The translations under genes and the position numbers were made by a program. From the sequence record NC_031126.1: a DNA stretch of 64,000 nt, one strand, 5' to 3'. The notes below the pieces were generated by a model. That model had not been told where the DNA came from. It did not search any database and worked only from the letters and a program-made list of their open reading frames with translations. Numbering within the stretch: the first letter of the stretch is position 1; the number at the start of each line of letters is the position of its first letter. Below, piece by piece: positions 62,882-64,000 of the stretch.

Positions 62882-63877
62882 ATGTCATTTACATTGCGTT
62901 GGAAGAACCCAAACGTAATCTCCACGGTGGTCAACATTTACCGTGATACCAAAGATATTTTAGTCACTGCTCTACCTGCCCCTATCGCAACACTGACTAA
63001 CGGCGAAACTGAGTGGCGGGATAATACAGCCTTACCGGGCGGAACCTACTGGTATTTAGCCACTGTGACCGCCAATGGGAAGACGGTAGCCACGTCTAGT
63101 CAGAAGTACGTCATTGAGGTCAAGCGCGGCATCGGGCCTATGAACTTCTTGTATGGCGATGACCGTCTGGGATTCTTAGGGCAAGTGCCTTATGAGGAGT
63201 TGTGGTCACCGCAACAGATGCCTGCTGGGTTCTTGTCAATGTTCCCCAATTTACTGACCGACCGTGTGGCGGTATATAAGTTTTCCCGCAACGGGAAAAT
63301 GTTGTACCTTATGTCAAACCCTAGCCAGTTCCCTGGATTTGCTAACTGGTCTTCGCTGTACCAAGCAGGTCTCGTATACGGTACAGACGACTTTGGGCCT
63401 GCGGGTGGACATGGTACACTACCCGATACCAAACAAGACGCGAAGATTATTCACAACGGTGATACCTACCGTATGCGTCTCGTTCGTGGTATCACTTCGG
63501 TAGGCACGCCTGCTGCCTTCCCGTTTAACGATGCGTATAACGCGAAAGATCATGATGCTGTGTCAGAGCTAACGGGTTCTTGCGAATTCAATGATCTGTT
63601 CTACACCCTTGTCGATCCCGTCCCCAATAAACAGCGTTGGGGAAACTGGAATGCCCTCAGTTATACCTACATCGGTCGCAGCGACATCGCCGCAAACCAA
63701 CCCTACTACTTAGGTGGTACGCTGTGTATGGAACATGATACCGTGGGTGATAGAGTTCTGCATCGTGGTATTTTTAGTACATCGTCAGCACAACCGGTGT
63801 CTGTTATTCAACGCATCAATTATGTTTCGCCATCTCAACAAGGCCGTTATTTGCCTGTGTTTGAATTGGTTGAATAA
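62882..63877 (+). CDS. virion structural protein (Ig/FN3-like N-domain plus W..LY.AG.VYG domain)
   Basis: L.W.NP....NIYR N-terminus; FLGQV, YKF, NWSSLYQAGLVYG; ends PVFELVE. Confidence 0.65.
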   Translation: MSFTLRWKNPNVISTVVNIYRDTKDILVTALPAPIATLTNGETEWRDNTALPGGTYWYLATVTANGKTVATSSQKYVIEVKRGIGPMNFLYGDDRLGFLGQVPYEELWSPQQMPAGFLSMFPNLLTDRVAVYKFSRNGKMLYLMSNPSQFPGFANWSSLYQAGLVYGTDDFGPAGGHGTLPDTKQDAKIIHNGDTYRMRLVRGITSVGTPAAFPFNDAYNAKDHDAVSELTGSCEFNDLFYTLVDPVPNKQRWGNWNALSYTYIGRSDIAANQPYYLGGTLCMEHDTVGDRVLHRGIFSTSSAQPVSVIQRINYVSPSQQGRYLPVFELVE

Positions 63878-63886
63878 GGAGCGGTC

Positions 63887-64000
63887 ATGACCATTCGTTT
63901 AAGTTGGCCGACGCAGGTTGACAAAGCATTAACAGGCATTGAGATTTATCGGAAAACGGGGTGGGATGCAACGATTGATGTATACAATCCAGGCGTCCCA
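63887..64000 (+). CDS. virion structural protein, 3'-truncated paralog of 62882
   Basis: taaggag RBS; MTIRLSWPTQVDKALTGIEIYRK mirrors MSFTLRWKNP...VNIYRD. Confidence 0.65.
   Translation, partial: MTIRLSWPTQVDKALTGIEIYRKTGWDATIDVYNPGVP

Noticed and set aside
55326-63877. Diversity-generating retroelement or invertible tail-fibre switch
   Set aside because: No reverse transcriptase or invertase, no near-identical template/variable repeat pair, no inverted repeats; paralogs are highly diverged and co-oriented

Overview
This window is a 64-kb segment of a phiKZ-related jumbo myophage (Chimalliviridae-like; gene order resembles the SPN3US/phiEaH2/CR5 group of enterobacterial phages). All family calls come from motif recognition and recalled synteny; no database search was run. 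The core block (1-24 kb) holds a DnaB-like helicase (minus strand), the major capsid protein, a non-virion RNA polymerase beta-type subunit, the portal (minus strand), baseplate/virion proteins and a RuvC-like resolvase. The accessory block (24-55 kb) holds about 55 mostly small genes: single and tandem GNAT proteins, a Dam methylase, thymidylate kinase, SLOG, DUF6527-like, XRE-HTH, an HslU-like ATPase, a degenerate prohead-protease paralog, a QueC-like PP-loop enzyme, DUF488-like and a stand-alone NAD-ligase domain Ia. The end (55-64 kb) is a tandem array of paralogous tail/baseplate fibre genes. Non-coding structure includes eight copies of an early-promoter motif (two inside a 57-nt near-identical repeat 51 kb apart), a bipartite TTTACG-N-TATG motif, a conserved extended RBS leader and many UUCG-type terminators. 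The best candidates for new biology are: (1) a Dam methylase embedded among four tandem-GNAT paralogs, three of which lack the acetyl-CoA motif; (2) an HslU ATPase with a replaced I-domain and no HslV-activating tail, co-transcribed with a catalytically dead prohead-protease paralog; (3) a dispersed set of putative anti-defence nucleotide-signal proteins. No tRNA, rRNA, CRISPR array, integrase or reverse transcriptase was seen.
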